A stretch of 64,000 nucleotides of DNA from Escherichia phage 172-1: the sequence record NC_028903.1; one strand, written 5' to 3'. Both the position numbers and the translations under genes were made by a program. Positions 60,572-64,000 of this stretch are shown here, piece by piece. A model generated the notes under the pieces. The model saw only the letters and a list, made by a program, of their open reading frames with translations. It was not told where the DNA came from and did no database searches. The first letter of the stretch is position 1. Every line of letters starts with the position of its first letter.

Positions 60572-60862
60572 ACATCCTCCAATTAAACATTTATATAAGA
60601 CTTGCTTAGATAAAGATTCAATAAAATAGGGGGAGGGGACGAATCCTCCCTTATCCTATTAATTAAGTTTGCATGTAAGATCTAACAATCGGTTGCCTTT
60701 GTAGGAATAAGCGTTATGCCAATCCAGCACTAAACTCCCGCCCCCTTAGTGGGCTGGGTTATTAAAGGGTAACGCCCTTATGGGCTAGTTACATGAATGT
60801 TAGTTTGATAGGAGATCTGAAGTCCTATCTCAAAGGACTCTCGTAAGAATCCTTCACGATAG

Positions 60863-61054
60863 TCACCCTTTATAGGTGGTACAGATTAATGTTGCATGTC
60901 TTTGGTTATACAGTTCGAAGTAACGAGGCTTGCTCCAGTCTCTGTCTCTGGTAAATGATTGAAGGATGAAGTGTCTGTCACATCCAAGCCACTCAGAAAC
61001 ATCCATCGCTAGACGTATAGGAGAACCTCTGAACTCTCTTCGCTCCATAGCCAC
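60863..61054 (-). CDS. hypothetical small protein
   Basis: 63-aa ORF. Confidence 0.25.
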   Translation of the reverse strand: MAMERREFRGSPIRLAMDVSEWLGCDRHFILQSFTRDRDWSKPRYFELYNQRHATLICTTYKG

Positions 61055-61386
61055 CCCTTAATATTACTTATTCATCTCTCGTCGGCTATCTCTCCAAGCC
61101 AACCAAGTGTAGGTTTTCAGCTCTTCAAAATCTTCTGGAGAGAATAGGTATTCTTTGAAGGTATCACCAAACCATTTTAAAAACTCTTCAGTCATAAAAC
61201 CTCTTAACAAGATTGATCACAAGGCTGATCTCCACATGTTTTACAGATCACTGGTGAATAACTACAGGCAGGATATACTGACACGCCATCAAACGTTTCA
61301 CACCCACAGTCAGGGCATTCTCCATTAGAAGTCATGTCATCGTCGTCATCCACTTCACCGCCACCATAACAGCTCATATGAACCCC

Positions 61387-61608
61387 TTAATAAACTAAAC
61401 CTATAGCCTTTGCGTCAGGCTGAGGGACTACTTTTGCATTAGGGCGATAGCCATCTACTGAGCCATTCCAAAGATTGACACAGGTAATATACCCATCGTT
61501 CAAGTAGTCTGTTTTAATCCAGAAGTGTTTATCATGACCAAAAATACTTCCGTTTGGCAGCGTGGACAGTTCAACAGTTTTAAGAGATTGTTTAGAATCT
61601 AATTTCAT
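61387..61608 (-). CDS. small protein, paralog family A
   Basis: VELSTLPNGSIF ... GSVDGYRPNAKVVP. Confidence 0.4.
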   Translation of the reverse strand: MKLDSKQSLKTVELSTLPNGSIFGHDKHFWIKTDYLNDGYITCVNLWNGSVDGYRPNAKVVPQPDAKAIGLVY

Positions 61609-61617
61609 ATAAGTTCC

Positions 61618-61815
61618 TTAATACACCAAGCCATGTAAGAGAAACACTCTCTTAGTTAACTCTGCTTTAGCTCTGTAATAAGCCTTAGAACCTAACAGGC
61701 GGCGTTTAACAAAGAACTTAATGTCATTGCTAACATCTTGTATTAAACGCTCCTGTACAGCTTCTGAGGAGCTATTAATCGAATCAATTAACACCTTTGT
61801 AGATGTATAATTCAT
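61618..61815 (-). CDS. hypothetical small protein
   Basis: listed ORF trimmed to the Met at 61815 with RBS taaggag. Confidence 0.35.
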   Translation of the reverse strand: MNYTSTKVLIDSINSSSEAVQERLIQDVSNDIKFFVKRRLLGSKAYYRAKAELTKRVFLLHGLVY

Positions 61816-61816
61816 A

Positions 61817-62116
61817 TCACCACTCCTTACCGGTTGTAGTCGTAGAGCCACCACACCACAACGCTGTGTCAATCACAACATTGTCTGGCGTAGACTTCTC
61901 TTCATTGATAGAAGGATTAGCATTAGAGCAGGTTGCTCCATTCCAGCGCATATCAATCTCACCAGAAGGAACCTTCTCACCTTTATGCCAGCGAGATACA
62001 CAAATACCATCCACTGCTACTGCACACCATCCATCAGGACGGCTCTGTACGCAGCCTGTAAGGGCCACACAGACAAGGAAGATACAGATTAAGGATATTA
62101 CACCACCCCAACTCAT
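61817..62116 (-). CDS. Cys-rich lipoprotein, superinfection-exclusion candidate
   Basis: signal peptide with lipobox LTGC (MSWGGVISLICIFLVCVALTGC); small mature domain with several Cys. Confidence 0.5.
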   Translation of the reverse strand: MSWGGVISLICIFLVCVALTGCVQSRPDGWCAVAVDGICVSRWHKGEKVPSGEIDMRWNGATCSNANPSINEEKSTPDNVVIDTALWCGGSTTTTGKEW

Positions 62117-62135
62117 AACAACCTCTCATTCAATT

Positions 62136-62212
62136 TGGCGCACCGTGGAGGATTCTAACCTCCAACCAATTTCTTAGAAGGAAACTGCTCTATACAATTG
62201 AGCTAACGGCGC
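62136..62212 (-). tRNA. tRNA-Arg (anticodon UCU)
   Basis: hand-folded cloverleaf: acceptor GCGCCGU/ACGGUGC, D stem GCUC/GAGC, anticodon stem GUUUC/GAAAU with loop CUUCUAA, T stem GGAGG/CCUCC with loop UUAGAAU, discriminator G and encoded CCA. Confidence 0.65.
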
Positions 62213-62220
62213 AGAATTAT

Positions 62221-62529
62221 TTATAAGGAGAAAGACTTCTTACAATCCTTCTCTTCAAAAGTGTAGTAGCCTGTTGTATCAGGGAAGTAGGCATACTTTG
62301 TTTCTTTGCCATCAATAACCATGACACGATTACCAGAAGTTGTTTCTACAAACAGAAGCCCATCTCTTACCATACCATGAGATTCTTTGATACCAGTTAA
62401 GCTATGCTCTTTAAGAGTGCATTGCTGAACACTCTGATACTTAACTCCAATCTCTGCACTATTAACAGAGATGATACCAATGGTTGTCATTAGTAGTAAG
62501 GTTGAGATGATAAAATGCTTTTGTTTCAC
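62221..62529 (-). CDS. secreted (periplasmic) protein
   Basis: N-terminal signal peptide MKQKHFIISTLLLMTTIGIISVNSA. Confidence 0.45.
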   Translation of the reverse strand: MKQKHFIISTLLLMTTIGIISVNSAEIGVKYQSVQQCTLKEHSLTGIKESHGMVRDGLLFVETTSGNRVMVIDGKETKYAYFPDTTGYYTFEEKDCKKSFSL

Positions 62530-62547
62530 ATTAACCTCTGAATTTGT

Positions 62548-62757
62548 TTAACTGAAGATACGCAAGGCCACATCATGACCTATATGACCGGGAACTTTAT
62601 GCTGCTCTATTTTCAAACAGCGTTTACAGATACGAGATACACGAGATTCTTTTCTCTCGACTGGAGTGTCTTTAGCGTGAGTGATTTGAAGATTCTCAGT
62701 GATCACCCACTCATGTTTACACTCAGAATCTTCGGGCTTTTTCTTACGGAAGAACAT
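62548..62757 (-). CDS. zinc-ribbon small protein
   Basis: C..H ... CKRC pattern in a 69-aa ORF. Confidence 0.35.
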   Translation of the reverse strand: MFFRKKKPEDSECKHEWVITENLQITHAKDTPVERKESRVSRICKRCLKIEQHKVPGHIGHDVALRIFS

Positions 62758-63051
62758 AACACCCCTTAGATTACATCACGATGACTGACTTCACCACACA
62801 CCTTACACTGGATAATGTAACGTGTGCCCTTGTCATTGTTTCCATCTGAATCTGTATAGACCAGAGGGCGAGTATTAATAATCTTCCAATCATGACAATG
62901 AAAGACACGCTTTAGCCACTTGAACATAGTTAACCTCAACTATTTACCGAAGATTCCATGCATACACATACTGAATACAATACCAAAGCAAAAACATGCA
63001 GCAGCGAATCTAATCAAGTCCCATCCAGTACACACTTCATTCATATTAACC

Positions 63052-63303
63052 TCAAGCACAAGCAGGGAGAGTAATGATTTTATACTTGCCATCAAACTCG
63101 CTAAATAAACCCAAGAATGTAGGACTGTAAGTACCAGTACAAACAAACTCATCAAACAGTTCGTTATAACTAGGCTTAATTTTCCAAGCCCATACATAAC
63201 CCATCTTGTCAATTGCAATGTAACGAGTGTTCAGAGGAACAGTCATCATCACATCATCAACTTCGATCACTTTAGTTATTGGTGCAGCTTGGAAGTTTTT
63301 CAT
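63052..63303 (-). CDS. hypothetical small protein
   Basis: listed ORF trimmed to MKNFQAAP with RBS aggagag; ATGA overlap with the upstream gene. Confidence 0.4.
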   Translation of the reverse strand: MKNFQAAPITKVIEVDDVMMTVPLNTRYIAIDKMGYVWAWKIKPSYNELFDEFVCTGTYSPTFLGLFSEFDGKYKIITLPACA

Positions 63304-63524
63304 CCTACTCTCCTGACGTTTAGGGTAGCTTGATAAAATTTGACAGGACAACTTCTGTCAAACGTAAATCTTGTTTCAGGGTTATTTATACAGATAGCAT
63401 GTCTGTGCATAACCTTCATATATAAAGGAGGTTTTGTATCCCCATCTATCTCTAGAGAGAACACATCACCATTACGTAGACTACCAAAAGTATTATCTCT
63501 AGGCTCAGAGCGGATGATAATCAT
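63300..63524 (-). CDS. hypothetical small protein (possible family A relative)
   Basis: 74 aa; FGSLRNGDVFSLE is loosely like the family A motif. Confidence 0.35.
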   Translation of the reverse strand: MIIIRSEPRDNTFGSLRNGDVFSLEIDGDTKPPLYMKVMHRHAICINNPETRFTFDRSCPVKFYQATLNVRRVG

Positions 63525-63697
63525 ACTTTACCTTTAATAAAAATGTCATTACCACAGACACAGCATGAACGAACAACAGTAGCGCCACGCTGAACGATAC
63601 GAACCTCTTCCTTAACCAGATTAACACGAGCACCACAGCAAGGGGAGTTAACATAAGAGTAACCAGCTTGTGTATTCTTGATTGTTTGCTTAGACAT
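63521..63697 (-). CDS. small Cys-rich zinc-ribbon protein (58 aa, unlisted)
   Basis: ATG with RBS aggaag; MSKQTIKNTQAGYSYVNSPCCGARVN...SCCVCGND; ATGA overlap with the downstream gene. Confidence 0.3.
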   Translation of the reverse strand: MSKQTIKNTQAGYSYVNSPCCGARVNLVKEEVRIVQRGATVVRSCCVCGNDIFIKGKV

Positions 63698-63740
63698 TTG
63701 AGCTTCCTATTGTTAGTTTAAGTAAGAGCTATCCCTTAAT

Positions 63741-63785
63741 TAAAACAACAAAGGCCACCCGATTGGGCAGCCTTTTATTTATTTC
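63741..63785. terminator. bidirectional hairpin terminator
   Basis: ggccaccc-gatt-gggcagcc flanked by A-run and T-run. Confidence 0.4.
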
Positions 63786-63988
63786 TGTTTTAAACCAAGC
63801 AGACGGTTTTGTAAAAACTCATCTTCTGCGTTATAAAGGAATGCGAACATTAATTCCTTAGCCATATCTCTTGAGCAATTAAGACACTTAGAGATTTGCG
63901 TTAGTTGCATGTTGCGATCAGTGTGTTCCATCAAGGCAATGCGAATGATCTCTCGCATACCTATTACATGGGTTGTTTTAACCGGCAT
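63779..63988 (-). CDS. hypothetical small protein, possible DNA-binding
   Basis: 69-aa ORF followed by the terminator. Confidence 0.35.
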   Translation of the reverse strand: MPVKTTHVIGMREIIRIALMEHTDRNMQLTQISKCLNCSRDMAKELMFAFLYNAEDEFLQNRLLGLKQK

Positions 63989-64000
63989 AGGTCCAATTAC

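Noticed and set aside
60636-60662. Possible tRNA T-arm (gggaggggacgaatcctccc)
   Set aside because: Loop is 8 nt without the T-psi-C pattern and no acceptor or anticodon arms could be folded around it; kept only as a structured hairpin
62940-63218. 92-aa hydrophobic ORF overlapping 63052..63303
   Set aside because: Mostly overlaps the better-supported gene in another frame; only a short 3' portion (about 34 aa from ATG 63043) could be independent, which is too weak to call

Overview
This window reads as most of a virulent dsDNA phage genome (podovirus-like; no tail sheath, tube or tape-measure genes seen), organised as two convergent transcription blocks that meet at a bidirectional terminator near 26.65 kb. 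The + strand block (43-26640) carries morphogenesis and lysis genes: putative portal, acidic scaffold, major capsid with a predicted -1 frameshift extension encoding an Ig-like (Big_2) domain, tail fiber and tail spike, GH24 endolysin, an SLT-domain virion protein and large internal virion proteins. The - strand block (26.7-64 kb, transcribed right to left) carries early and middle genes: many small ORFs including three paralog families, a tRNA-Arg(UCU), a primase-helicase, a family A DNA polymerase whose exonuclease and polymerase domains are separate ORFs 9 kb apart, ThyX, dCTP deaminase, thioredoxin, Dps, PhoH, SSB, an ECF-like sigma factor, HNH endonucleases and a spanin pair. The most unusual content is a cluster at 48.2-57.6 kb encoding an ATP-grasp enzyme, a class II glutamine amidotransferase (frame-disrupted, with an apparent AUU start), two carboxylate-amine ligase-like proteins and a gamma-glutamyl cyclotransferase-like protein, which I interpret as a candidate peptide-ligation or metabolite-synthesis module. 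The sigma factor plus a recurring TAATGTATA motif resemble phiEco32-like (Kuravirus) enterobacterial phages, but that is from memory and unverified. All calls rest on motif reading of the supplied ORF translations and sequence; no database search was run.
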